Source: Thermoplasmata archaeon (GTDB lineage: Archaea > Thermoplasmatota > E2 > UBA202 > JdFR-43). From it: 64,000 nucleotides of DNA. Shown in pieces: positions 1-9,633 of this stretch. The notes beneath the pieces are model-generated. The model searched no databases. It had not been told where the DNA came from and saw nothing but the letters and a program-made list of their open reading frames with translations. The DNA lies in contig JAGGZK010000017.1 of the NCBI GenBank assembly GCA_021162065.1, forward strand, positions 23,034-87,033, written 5' to 3'. Numbering within the stretch: the stretch's first letter is position 1; every line of letters starts with the position of its first letter. The position numbers and the translations under genes are program-made.

Positions 1-2386
1 CACCATGGCACTGCTGTGCAACAGAACTGCCATATTCTGGTTCCACTCTCGGCATCCTTATTATCCATCTATATCCTTCCCTATCTGAAATCGCCTGTTC
101 AATAAGCCAGTTCGTCGAGTTTTTCAGTATATGGAAATAATATGAATTCTTTGTTGCCTGGTACAAAGAAATAAATGCTTTTCCTATTCCAGCATTCCCA
201 TAGCACCATCCTGTATTGTAATAAAAAGGAGAATAAAGTTGATCAAGTCGGTATTTCCATCTCCATTCCATATCACCATCTCCTTCAATTATTGCCTCAT
301 GGATTATCCATTTAGCCGCCTTTTCAGCATATTCTATATACTTTTCTTCTTCACATCTCTTGTAAAGTTCTGCTAAGAAGTACACAATACCAGCAGCACC
401 ATGCCCAAAACCTGTAGATGTAATCCAGTAAAGAGGTATGGCAACCCATAAGCATCCATCTTTAATCACATTGGACCTACAGAGAGGATTGCCCTTTTCA
501 GTTAGAAACAGAATCGGACAATTCCGTGATGATGAAATAAGCCAATCTCCTCCTTTTTTGGCATAGGAAAGATATTCTGAGTTACCTGTCACATCATAAA
601 GATGCAGAAAGAAAATTCCAATGCCAGCAGAACCAGAGATGATGTCATATCCCCATTCAGATCTTATGCCATCCACACTTTCTATCCAGCGGGCGGCACC
701 CTCTGCATATTCTAAATATTTGGTATCGCCCAAGGAGTGATAAAATTCAAGGAAAACCTCGCCAATGCCGGCGATTCCCACATAAAAGCTTGGTGAATTT
801 TGGGTTTCGGGCCATATATAGCCATTTTTGGAGGGAATTGCAATGGACATCATCCATTCCATTCCACCTTTCGCATACTGGAGATATTTCTGATTTTTTG
901 TGATTTCATAAACTTTCAACAGAAAGAGAGATACGCCAGGTGTCCCATGCATTAAATTTGTGTAATATTCCTTCTCTTCCTCATTCAACGGCCATTTATA
1001 ACCGCTGGATGTGGGTTCAGCCAAACTTATAAGCCAATCTGCGGCTCCTGTAATTATATCTATGGAATCTGATTTGGAGGCGGATTTAAATTTGTTCATG
1101 TTCATCAACTCTTTAATATCTGAGAATGTGATGGAGGAGAGTTTTTCATTTTTGAAAATACCTTCTACAATTTTTTTCTCCATGAAATAGGGTTCAAGCT
1201 TTAAAATGAGGGTATCGTCTCCCTGTGAACCTGCTACATAAATATTTCCTTCCACCACATCCATTCCTCTTGCAATATCACAACCCGAGTTATATATGGA
1301 ATTGTAAGTTATCAATCCCCCATTCTTTCCAAATTGGGCTATAACAATATCCCAGCTATCAGGAGATGCGGAAGTGGCACATGATTCTCCAACTACATAA
1401 ATTGATGTCGCCACTTCTATATCCTCCAGTTTGAAATGTTGAAAGGAAGTATACCATTCAAATTCACCACCTTCACCATATTTAAGAATAAGACCTGTTC
1501 CGTCATTGCTTTCTACATCTCCAAAACCACAGATATATATTCCATCCCTCACATCCAATCCATATGCTTCTTGGGTGCCGGTTTTTTCCCATGTCCTGTT
1601 CCAGATGATGTTGCCATCATTATCATATTTTATCAGTAAAATATCATCGTCACCATTTTCATTCTCTGTTTCTCCTACTCCATAAATCTCTCCATTATAT
1701 ATCTCCAGGGATGTTATTTCACTGTACATTTCTCCTTTATTGCTAAATATTTTTTCCCATATTAAATTCCCGTCCGTATCATATTTTAAAAGCAAACTGC
1801 TGTAATCGATTTGTCCGCCCACATATATACTTTCTTCATCTGCAACAATTGAATAAGCAAAATTATATGTCCCTTCATCATATTTTTTAGACCATATTAA
1901 ATTCCCATTCAAATCATATTTTAAAAGCAAAATGTTGGAATATGTAATTGCAGAACGCCAGTCAGAGCCATACCCTGCAACATAAATATATCCATCACAA
2001 ATATCCATTGCCCATGCAGCATCATATGGATATTCATCATATTTTTTAGACCATATTAAATTCCCGTTCGTATCATATTTCATTAAAAGAACATCATTTT
2101 CGCTTTTGGGCAAATAATTGGAGGAACCGGCAACATAAATGTACTCTTCGTATACCTTTATAGAAGAAGCCCATGAATTGGCATACGTCTTGCTCCACGT
2201 GGGGTTTAGATAGTTGTTCTTAGAGCAATGGGTTCTCTTTATTTTCTCATGGATATTAAAGGATGAAAATTCTGGAATGGATATCTTCTGAGTGTTGCCG
2301 GGGTATATTAAAGGTGATATGGATGTAAAAAGGAGTAAAAGAATGGCAACCAAAACCATGCTTTTTTTGTTTAATTGTTTCAGCAT
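1..2386 (-). CDS. Secreted SBBP beta-propeller repeat protein with C-terminal LanC-like (lanthionine-cyclase-like) domain; C-terminus truncated by the window edge
   Basis: Minus-strand frame is open from the ATG at 2386 to position 1; no other ORF of 60 aa or more is listed across 1-2255. The N-terminus reads MLKQLNKKSMVLVAILLLLFTSISPL, a Sec-type signal peptide. It is followed by repeats of the YDTNGNLIWSKKYD type, matching the SBBP beta-propeller repeat. Reverse-complement translation of 1-480 gives GFGHGAAGIVYFLAELY, GWCYGNAGIG and QQCHG. These match the LanC GxxHGxAG repeats and the WCxG and CHG zinc-ligand motifs. Confidence 0.55.
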   Translation of the reverse strand, partial: MLKQLNKKSMVLVAILLLLFTSISPLIYPGNTQKISIPEFSSFNIHEKIKRTHCSKNNYLNPTWSKTYANSWASSIKVYEEYIYVAGSSNYLPKSENDVLLMKYDTNGNLIWSKKYDEYPYDAAWAMDICDGYIYVAGYGSDWRSAITYSNILLLKYDLNGNLIWSKKYDEGTYNFAYSIVADEESIYVGGQIDYSSLLLKYDTDGNLIWEKIFSNKGEMYSEITSLEIYNGEIYGVGETENENGDDDILLIKYDNDGNIIWNRTWEKTGTQEAYGLDVRDGIYICGFGDVESNDGTGLILKYGEGGEFEWYTSFQHFKLEDIEVATSIYVVGESCATSASPDSWDIVIAQFGKNGGLITYNSIYNSGCDIARGMDVVEGNIYVAGSQGDDTLILKLEPYFMEKKIVEGIFKNEKLSSITFSDIKELMNMNKFKSASKSDSIDIITGAADWLISLAEPTSSGYKWPLNEEEKEYYTNLMHGTPGVSLFLLKVYEITKNQKYLQYAKGGMEWMMSIAIPSKNGYIWPETQNSPSFYVGIAGIGEVFLEFYHSLGDTKYLEYAEGAARWIESVDGIRSEWGYDIISGSAGIGIFFLHLYDVTGNSEYLSYAKKGGDWLISSSRNCPILFLTEKGNPLCRSNVIKDGCLWVAIPLYWITSTGFGHGAAGIVYFLAELYKRCEEEKYIEYAEKAAKWIIHEAIIEGDGDMEWRWKYRLDQLYSPFYYNTGWCYGNAGIGKAFISLYQATKNSYYFHILKNSTNWLIEQAISDREGYRWIIRMPRVEPEYGSSVAQQCHG

Positions 2387-2391
2387 TTTCT

Positions 2392-3864
2392 TCACCCCAA
2401 TAATACAAAAGGTCCCACCACAAATCCCTGCATGGTTTTTTTATCGTTATCAGTAATAACAGATATGGTTGCAGGTCCAATGCCCATGACAGTATCGCTT
2501 TCAATTTGAACCACCTCCCCTGCTCCAATGCTCACACTCCCTCTGGAAATTCTTCCTGAAAGCATAAGCGGAGCATCTATGATGATCTCCCATGAGATAT
2601 CACTCCCATATCTTCCCCCTATATTCTTAAGATACGCATTCACTCCAATCCCTCCAGAAATACCATAAACTATGACATAGGGTTTCATTCCAAGATAATA
2701 TTCCAGAAACTCATCCCAGTGAGTATTGCGTGAAAAATCCAAGCCATAACTAGACATAGAATAAGAAGTTTCATATCCATATTTATGGGGGTTAGGGAAA
2801 TAGATTGTCAGACCATGTGCATCTGGATGAGCAGACTTGTGGCATTCTGCTATTACAGCATTCTGTAAACATTCCATAACATTTTCCATCTCCTGGCAGA
2901 CGGTCTGATTTGTTTCAACACTCAAATAATTTTCGGCAAAACTATAGATATCAATAAGGTGATCCCATTCAAATTTCTGAACCTTATAATAAATTGATTC
3001 AACCTTATCAGATGAAACCTCAAAATTATAAATGAGATGCTGGGCAACCGTATCTATGGCATCAGCCAATTCTTCTATTCTATCTGTTCTGATAGCACTC
3101 ATTGTGAGTTGGTCACCAAAATCATAATCTGACCACCTATCACTATCTTTATATATTAACTCAATAATGTCTCCTCCAAGTTCAATCTCATCTATATCTG
3201 GCTCCTGGTTGAGTATGTCGCATATATCTCCTATCACATACCACCACCATGCATATCCACTCGTTTCTTCACTGCCAATATATACCTTGGTAAGGTTTCG
3301 GAGTTCATAAACAGATTCTAGAGCCCCCATCACACAGGGAGCCGTAAAGCATGTTACATCAACCCCTTCTGTTTCTGTCAGTGCCTTCTGAATTTCATCC
3401 ATCGTAAGATGGTCATTGTCTGTATCATCGATGCATGCGCCCCTCCATCCCATGCCATGATCATAAAAGGATAATAGATATCTCTCGGCGGGGTAATTAT
3501 TTTTTGCATATTCAACAAAGTTTTTAAGTGTATGGTAATCGCCCATATTCACCTCACCCCATCCTTCACGAAATACTGGATTATGATGGCTGTCAATGTA
3601 CCATATTTTTGCAGAATCTCCATATGTATCCTGAAGAACCACCACATTGAGATTTTCACTGGAGTATGCTTGTGATGCAAATGGATAAAAAGGATCAAAT
3701 CCAGGTGTAAAATCTGCATCATCATAGAAAATCCACGTCCATTTCTTTGCAGTTCCGTTGTTGCAATTCTTCTCTGCTTCCTCACTTACTGTTAAACCAG
3801 CAGATATTAAAAATAAAAATACCAACATTACAGAAATAAAACTTTTATTCCACCACTTAATCAT
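2392..3864 (-). CDS. Secreted clostripain-family (C11) cysteine peptidase
   Basis: The motifs SFYDHGMGWRG, DVTCFTAPCVMGALESVYEL and GSEETSGYAWW match the C11 pattern (HGxGW, FDACLMG..YEL, SEETEPG). The likely start is the internal MIKWWNKSFISVMLVFLFLISAGLTVS (a signal peptide), which is preceded by GGAGG. The ORF track extends the frame further, to 3930. Confidence 0.6.
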   Translation of the reverse strand: MIKWWNKSFISVMLVFLFLISAGLTVSEEAEKNCNNGTAKKWTWIFYDDADFTPGFDPFYPFASQAYSSENLNVVVLQDTYGDSAKIWYIDSHHNPVFREGWGEVNMGDYHTLKNFVEYAKNNYPAERYLLSFYDHGMGWRGACIDDTDNDHLTMDEIQKALTETEGVDVTCFTAPCVMGALESVYELRNLTKVYIGSEETSGYAWWWYVIGDICDILNQEPDIDEIELGGDIIELIYKDSDRWSDYDFGDQLTMSAIRTDRIEELADAIDTVAQHLIYNFEVSSDKVESIYYKVQKFEWDHLIDIYSFAENYLSVETNQTVCQEMENVMECLQNAVIAECHKSAHPDAHGLTIYFPNPHKYGYETSYSMSSYGLDFSRNTHWDEFLEYYLGMKPYVIVYGISGGIGVNAYLKNIGGRYGSDISWEIIIDAPLMLSGRISRGSVSIGAGEVVQIESDTVMGIGPATISVITDNDKKTMQGFVVGPFVLLG

Positions 3865-3940
3865 TTTATTTGCCTCCAAACTAAAATAGATAAATCCTAT
3901 AATAAGTTTACTTCTACCCCTTCTGGTCATTACTACAATT

Positions 3941-5116
3941 TTATGAAGTTGCCATTAAAATTTTTCTCGCCTTCCCTGCCAAATATAGGCTTCCCACTAT
4001 GCATATTATGTCATTTTTGCCTGCCACTCCTCTTGCCATATCAATGGCCTCCCCAACATTTTTTGATATCCTAAATTTTTTTCTTTCCATCTTCCCTATT
4101 TTTGCTATTTCATTTGCATCTATAGCTCTTTTGTTATCTATGGTTGTTGCTATATACTCTTTTGCCTTTGGTAAGTTTTTTATCATTTTTCTTACATTCT
4201 TATCCCTCATGGCACCAAATATTATCACCAGTTCATCAAAATCAAAATCTTCTAAGGAAGCAGAAAAGGCGGAAACGGCAGCGGGATTATGACAGCCATC
4301 CAGCAGGAATTTGCCAATTCTCTCCATTCTTCCGGGCCATTCTGCATTTTTAACTCCCTCAATTATATCATCTTTTGACATGCCAAGAATCTCCCCCGCC
4401 TTCACCGCCATGGCAATATTTTCTCCCTGGAATATGCCCGGCATTTTAGTTTCCAGCTCATATTTTTCCCCACTCTCCACGGTAAACTTTCCTTTGCCCG
4501 TTTTCCTCCATTTCACATCTTCTCCTATAACGTATATCTCTACTCCCCTCTCCCTGGCAATTTTTTTTATCACCTTTAACGCTTCCCCCTTACACGCAGT
4601 AATCACGGGCGCCTCCTTTATTATTCCCGCCTTCTCCCTGGCTATGGAAGAGATGTTCTTCCCAAGATATCTCTCATGCTCCATTGAAACGTTGGTTATT
4701 ATGGTGAGATATGGGGGCAGAACATTGGTGGCGTCCAGCCTTCCCCCCATTCCCACCTCCATTATGGCATAATCCACTTTCCTGTCTGCAAAATACAGGA
4801 TTGCCATGGCTGTGAGGGCCTCGAAATAGGTGAAATTGTGGTTGCGAAGAAAGGCATATTCCTCAATTTCCTCGTTACCTATTTCTTCATCATCCACCAC
4901 TATCCTTTCATTTATTCTGTTCAGATGAGGGGATGTGTATATCCCCGTTGAATATTTCCTCCTGAGAATGGAATAGATGAATCTGGAAACTGAGCCCTTT
5001 CCATTTGTGCCCCCCACATGCACGATTCTGTAATCAATGATTTTCCCTTTCATGAAGTCCCGCATCCTTTCCAGTGAGAGGTCAATCTGGTTTTCTTTGA
5101 GTTCGTCTATCCACAT
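3941..5116 (-). CDS. folC: Folylpolyglutamate synthase / dihydrofolate synthase (Mur-ligase family)
   Basis: HVGGTNGKGS is the Mur-ligase P-loop, and the overall FolC-like motif order and length (391 aa) fit. Confidence 0.75.
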   Translation of the reverse strand: MWIDELKENQIDLSLERMRDFMKGKIIDYRIVHVGGTNGKGSVSRFIYSILRRKYSTGIYTSPHLNRINERIVVDDEEIGNEEIEEYAFLRNHNFTYFEALTAMAILYFADRKVDYAIMEVGMGGRLDATNVLPPYLTIITNVSMEHERYLGKNISSIAREKAGIIKEAPVITACKGEALKVIKKIARERGVEIYVIGEDVKWRKTGKGKFTVESGEKYELETKMPGIFQGENIAMAVKAGEILGMSKDDIIEGVKNAEWPGRMERIGKFLLDGCHNPAAVSAFSASLEDFDFDELVIIFGAMRDKNVRKMIKNLPKAKEYIATTIDNKRAIDANEIAKIGKMERKKFRISKNVGEAIDMARGVAGKNDIICIVGSLYLAGKARKILMATS

Positions 5117-5154
5117 CTGAAATATATTAAATAGTGCAATAATATATTTTTGCG

Positions 5155-5802
5155 GTGATGAAGGGTAAAATAGAAGAAATAAAAGGAATATATTCCATGA
5201 TTGGGGGAAAAATAAGGGAAAGAATGGAGGAATTCAGAATGATGGGGGAGAGGGGGAGCAATGAAGATATTTTTGCTGAACTTGTCTTCTGCCTTCTCAC
5301 ACCCCAATCCAGGGCCAGGGTGTGCTGGAGGGCCGTGGAAAAAATGAAGGAGGAGGGGACACTTTTCCATGGCGGAAGGGATGAAATCATTGAAAAACTG
5401 CAGGGAGTCAGATTCAAGTACAATAAGGCGGATTACATCCTTCTCGCCAGAGAAAAATTTGTTGGAGGAACGCTCAATCTAAAAAATCTGATAAAGGAGT
5501 CCAGCAACCCCTTTTTGGCGAGGGAATGGCTTGTCAAAAACATAAAGGGAATGGGCTATAAGGAGGCAAGCCACTTCCTGAGAAATGTGGGCAGGGGCGA
5601 TAACTTTGCCATTCTGGACAGGCATATACTCAAAAATCTTCTGCTGCTGGGGGTTATAGACGAGATTCCCGCCACCCTTTCAAGGAAGAGATATTATGAT
5701 ATAGAAGGGAAAATGAGAAAGTTTGCCTCCCTTATAAATATCCCGCTTGCTCATCTTGATATGGTGCTCTGGTATAAGGAGGCAGGGGAGGTTTTCAAAT
5801 GA
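5155..5802 (+). CDS. ogg: Archaeal 8-oxoguanine DNA glycosylase/lyase (Ogg2 type)
   Basis: NIKGMGYKEASHFLRNVGRGDNFAILDRHILKNL and IDEIPATLSRKRYYDIE closely follow the HhH-GPD region of archaeal Ogg2 proteins (for example the Methanocaldococcus type) as I recall them. Length 215 aa. Confidence 0.8.
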   Translation: MMKGKIEEIKGIYSMIGGKIRERMEEFRMMGERGSNEDIFAELVFCLLTPQSRARVCWRAVEKMKEEGTLFHGGRDEIIEKLQGVRFKYNKADYILLAREKFVGGTLNLKNLIKESSNPFLAREWLVKNIKGMGYKEASHFLRNVGRGDNFAILDRHILKNLLLLGVIDEIPATLSRKRYYDIEGKMRKFASLINIPLAHLDMVLWYKEAGEVFK

Positions 5803-6656
5803 AGGACGCCATAAAGAAAAAAATAATGGAATTCCAGAAAAACGAGATAACAGAGCATGAGATATATCGCATTCTCGCAAAAAGGGTGGGCGGCAAAAAT
5901 GGGGAGATTCTTAAGAAGATATCCTTAGATGAGAAGAAACATTACATGCAGTGGAAAAAATATACGGGGGAAGATGTGAAACCATCCAGATTTGCCATCT
6001 TTAAATATTCCCTCCTCCAGAGAATCTTTGGCATAACCTTTGCGGTGAAACTGATGGAGAGGGGGGAGGAAAATGCCGAAAAGGCGTATGAGGACATCTC
6101 CAGAGAAATCCCAGAGGCAAAAAGCATTCTTGAGGATGAATTCGAGCATGAAGACATGCTCCTGAAAATGCTCGACGAAAGAAAGATTTCATATCTGGGC
6201 TCCATGGTTCTCGGTATCAACGATGCCATGGTTGAACTGACAGGGGCGCTTGCCGGCCTTACCTTCGCCCTTGAAAATGCAAGGGTTACGGGATTTGTGG
6301 GTTTCATCACAGGTATGGCGGCATCCCTCTCCATGGCATCCTCGGACTACCTCTCCAAGAAATCAGAGGGCGGCAACCCCGTGAGGGCGGCATTTTACAC
6401 CGGAATAGCTTATCTGATAACGGTGATACTCCTCATCCTTCCGTACTTTTTGCTTAATGACTACAGAATGGCCCTTTTCTTCACCATCTGCATGGCAATA
6501 TTTGTGATATATATCTTCACCTTCTTCATTGCCGTTGTTAAGGACATGATTTTCTGGAAACTGTTCATGGAGATGGCGGCAATAAGCATGGGAATCGCCT
6601 TCATATCCTTCCTGATAGGATGGAGCATCAGAGTGTTCTTCAACATACAGATATGA
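5799..6656 (+). CDS. Ferritin-like (rubrerythrin-type) domain fused to VIT1/CCC1 iron/manganese transporter domain
   Basis: The N-terminus is a ferritin-like four-helix region (EHEIYRILA...EKKHYMQW...EFEHEDML). The C-terminus is VIT1-like and membrane-spanning (SYLGSMVLGINDAMVELTGALAGLTFA, then three hydrophobic segments). The start overlaps the ogg stop by 4 nt. Confidence 0.65.
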   Translation: MKDAIKKKIMEFQKNEITEHEIYRILAKRVGGKNGEILKKISLDEKKHYMQWKKYTGEDVKPSRFAIFKYSLLQRIFGITFAVKLMERGEENAEKAYEDISREIPEAKSILEDEFEHEDMLLKMLDERKISYLGSMVLGINDAMVELTGALAGLTFALENARVTGFVGFITGMAASLSMASSDYLSKKSEGGNPVRAAFYTGIAYLITVILLILPYFLLNDYRMALFFTICMAIFVIYIFTFFIAVVKDMIFWKLFMEMAAISMGIAFISFLIGWSIRVFFNIQI

Positions 6657-6701
6657 GACATGTGCACCTGATAAAGTTTTAATATCCTGTGTATTTTTAG
6701 C

Positions 6702-7649
6702 ATGATGATAAGGTTTGGCCTGTATGTGCGCCTCCTCCTTGCCATGGCTCTCATGTTTGCCGTGCTCTATGCCCTGCTTTCCCTTGTCGCCTACATTTTG
6801 GGATATGGGTATCCTGTAGTGCTCGCAGTCCTCGCCTTTTTCATCATCCTTCTCCAGTATCTCATGGGCCCGAAGATGGTGGAAATGGGTATGAGGATAA
6901 GGTACATTACCTCTGATGATAACCCCCGCCTGTATGAAATGGTGGAGAAACTGGCGGCAAAGGCGGGCGTGCCCATGCCAAGGGTGGGTGTGGCATCCAC
7001 GGAAGTGCCGAATGCCTTCGCCTTCGGAAGAAGCATCAGGGATGGCAGGGTATGCGTTACGAAAGGGCTTTTAAAAATACTCAACGACGAGGAACTGGAG
7101 GCCGTGCTTGGCCATGAAATATCCCATCTGAAGCACAGGGATATGGTCATCATAACCATGCTCTCAGTCATTCCCCTCCTCAGTTACATGCTCCTCTGGA
7201 ATTCCATGTGGAGCAGGAGAAGGGATGAGGGCGCATTGCTGGCTCTCGTTGCTTTACTCGTTTATCTCATATCAAATCTGATTGTGCTCTATGTCAGCAG
7301 GGTGAGGGAATACTATGCCGACTACGGTTCCGTAACGCTTACGGGAAAACCCCATGCCCTTGCTTCAGCCCTTTACAGAATAAGTATATCCACCACAGGG
7401 GTGCCGAGGATCAAGATAAAGCAGGTGGAGGGGATGAAGGCATTCTTCGCCACCGATCCATCCACGGCCATAAGAGATGTGAGGGATTTGAGCAAGGCGG
7501 ATTTGAATCTGGATGGTCACATTGACGAATATGAACTCCAGCAGTTTGCCTCCATGGCAAAGGCGAGTACGGCGGAGAAGTTGATGGAGATATTCTCCTC
7601 CCATCCAAACATGGTGGACAGGATAAAAATGCTTGCGAGGATGAAATAA
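6702..7649 (+). CDS. htpX: HtpX-family M48 zinc metalloprotease with C-terminal extension
   Basis: N-terminal TM helices, then the HExxH motif in LGHEISHLKHRD, then further TM segments. A C-terminal tail of about 90 aa carries a canonical 12-residue Ca-binding loop, DLNLDGHIDEYE. Confidence 0.8.
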   Translation: MMIRFGLYVRLLLAMALMFAVLYALLSLVAYILGYGYPVVLAVLAFFIILLQYLMGPKMVEMGMRIRYITSDDNPRLYEMVEKLAAKAGVPMPRVGVASTEVPNAFAFGRSIRDGRVCVTKGLLKILNDEELEAVLGHEISHLKHRDMVIITMLSVIPLLSYMLLWNSMWSRRRDEGALLALVALLVYLISNLIVLYVSRVREYYADYGSVTLTGKPHALASALYRISISTTGVPRIKIKQVEGMKAFFATDPSTAIRDVRDLSKADLNLDGHIDEYELQQFASMAKASTAEKLMEIFSSHPNMVDRIKMLARMK

Positions 7650-8074
7650 TGGAGGAATATGTGAAGATGGAGGTCTATCCCCGCGCCTTTTACTCCGAGG
7701 AGTATTCAGAAATATTTCTGGTTAATGAAGATATGGCATTGCCCATCTACATAAGCCATGTGCAGGCGGAGAGCATAATGAATGGGCTGCACGGCATAAG
7801 ATTTCAGCGGCCCTTCACCCATGATTTGTTTTCGGATGTGATAAACTCCCTTGGCGCCTCCATAAACAGGATTGTCATAGACGACCTCGTGGACGGCGTT
7901 TTCATGGCGAAGATGTACATAGAGCAGTATAGGGGGGGAGAGGTGGAGGAAATCGTGATAGATGCCAGGCCCAGCGACTGCATAGCCCTTGCCGTCAGAG
8001 AGGGATGTGATATACTCGTTTCAAGACATGTGTTGCAGGAGGCGGGGCGGCGGAGAGATGAGATTGATATATAG
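7649..8074 (+). CDS. DUF151 (bifunctional-nuclease family) protein
   Basis: ARPSDCIALAVREGCDILV and the overall pattern of about 140 aa resemble the BFN/DUF151 family. The ATG overlaps the htpX stop (ATAATGG). Confidence 0.5.
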   Translation: MEEYVKMEVYPRAFYSEEYSEIFLVNEDMALPIYISHVQAESIMNGLHGIRFQRPFTHDLFSDVINSLGASINRIVIDDLVDGVFMAKMYIEQYRGGEVEEIVIDARPSDCIALAVREGCDILVSRHVLQEAGRRRDEIDI

Positions 8075-8103
8075 GATTTTATAAACCTGCGATATTAATA
8101 ATC

Positions 8104-8688
8104 ATGAAACTGGAAGAAGGGGAAAAACTGGTGAGATATGCGAGAAGGGTGATAGAGAATCATGTGAACGGAAGGGACACGGAGGAGATGGAAAATTTTG
8201 ATGAGAAGAGGGGAGTTTTTGTGACCCTCCATACCTATCCCGATAAAATGCTTCGCGGCTGCATAGGAATACCCGAGCCAGTAATGCTCCTCAACAAAGC
8301 CATAAAGGAGGCTGCCATCTCCGCGTGCCACGACCCCCGTTTTCCTCCCCTTAGCAGAGAGGAGACGGATTCGGTGGTGGTTGAGGTTACTGTGCTAACA
8401 CCTCCCCAGCTCCTGAAATGCAAACCGGAGGAGTATATGGAATGCATAGAGATAGGGAAGGATGGCCTCATTGTGGAGAGGGGCTACTACAGAGGTCTTC
8501 TCCTCCCCCAGGTGCCTGTGGAATATGGATGGAACGTGGAGACATTTCTTCGGCATACCTGCATGAAGGCGGGGCTGCCGGTAGATGCCTGGAAGGATGA
8601 AAAAACGAGATTATATAAATTTCAGGGCGAGATTTTTGCGGAGGAGGAGCCAAAGGGAAGAGTAATAAGAGTGGAGACAGATGGATAG
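8104..8688 (+). CDS. AMMECR1-domain protein
   Basis: LRGCIGIPEP is the AMMECR1 signature, and the 194-aa length fits. Confidence 0.7.
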   Translation: MKLEEGEKLVRYARRVIENHVNGRDTEEMENFDEKRGVFVTLHTYPDKMLRGCIGIPEPVMLLNKAIKEAAISACHDPRFPPLSREETDSVVVEVTVLTPPQLLKCKPEEYMECIEIGKDGLIVERGYYRGLLLPQVPVEYGWNVETFLRHTCMKAGLPVDAWKDEKTRLYKFQGEIFAEEEPKGRVIRVETDG

Positions 8689-9544
8689 GTATTTTGCCAT
8701 ACTGGAGGGGAAAGAGAGGGCAAGATATCTCGAAAATAAGGGAAGAATTAAAAATCTGGCGGAGAGGGCATGGGAGATATATGAAGAATGCCATTTCTGT
8801 GAGCATCGCTGTGGTGTGAACAGGAATGAAAGGACGGGAATATGTAATGTTGGAAGGGCAAGCATAGCCACCCATTTCATGCATTACGGAGAGGAGAGGG
8901 TGCTGGTGCCATCATATACCATATTCTTTTCAGGATGCAATTTCAAATGCGTTTACTGCCAGAACTGGGATATTTCTCAAGGGATGAAAGGCATATACAT
9001 TGAGCCGGAGAGGATGGCATACATTATAAATGGGCTGGAGGGGAGGGCAAGAAACATAAACTGGGTGGGAGGGGAGCCGACCCCCAATCTTCCATATATT
9101 GTGGATGTTCTCAGCCATTGCAACTCCAGCATACCGCAGATATGGAACTCCAACATGTACTGCAGCGAGGAAACCATGGGCATTCTCAAATACATCATGG
9201 ATGTGTATCTCACGGATTTCAAATATGGAAATAACACATGCGCCGAGAGGTTGTCAAAAGTAAAAGATTACTGGGAAATCACAACCAGAAATCATGAGAT
9301 TGCAGGAAAACAGGGGGAGATGATAATAAGGCATCTTCTGCTCCCCAACCATCTGGAATGCTGTACCCTCCCGATTCTGCAATGGATTGCCGATAATGTT
9401 CCCCATGCGGTGGTGAATATAATGGATCAGTATTATCCCACCTATGAGGCATTTGAGTATAGCGATATAAACAGGAGAATAACGGCAGAGGAATACAGGG
9501 TGGCATATAAACATGCGGAAAAACTCGGGCTGAATCTTGTATGA
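8681..9544 (+). CDS. Radical SAM enzyme of the AmmeMemoRadiSam type
   Basis: GCNFKCVYCQNW is a CxxxCxxC motif. An N-terminal Cys/His cluster (HFCEHRCGVNR) is also present. The gene overlaps the AMMECR1 gene by 8 nt, which is the known AMMECR1 + radical-SAM pairing. Confidence 0.65.
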   Translation: MDRYFAILEGKERARYLENKGRIKNLAERAWEIYEECHFCEHRCGVNRNERTGICNVGRASIATHFMHYGEERVLVPSYTIFFSGCNFKCVYCQNWDISQGMKGIYIEPERMAYIINGLEGRARNINWVGGEPTPNLPYIVDVLSHCNSSIPQIWNSNMYCSEETMGILKYIMDVYLTDFKYGNNTCAERLSKVKDYWEITTRNHEIAGKQGEMIIRHLLLPNHLECCTLPILQWIADNVPHAVVNIMDQYYPTYEAFEYSDINRRITAEEYRVAYKHAEKLGLNLV

Positions 9545-9633
9545 ATATGCCACCTCAGCATTGGTAGCATCTCTTTATAAAACAGGAATCATGAGCGAAG
9601 GTTTTTTTTATTCCCTCCGCATATCATTTCTGT

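Noticed and set aside
2256-2528. 90-aa minus-strand ORF spanning the peptidase/LanC-like gene junction
   Set aside because: It is in the wrong frame relative to both supported genes, which abut at 2386/2392.
5107-5423. Two minus-strand ORFs of about 90 aa between folC and ogg
   Set aside because: They overlap the ogg coding frame antisense, and their hydrophobic low-complexity composition looks spurious.
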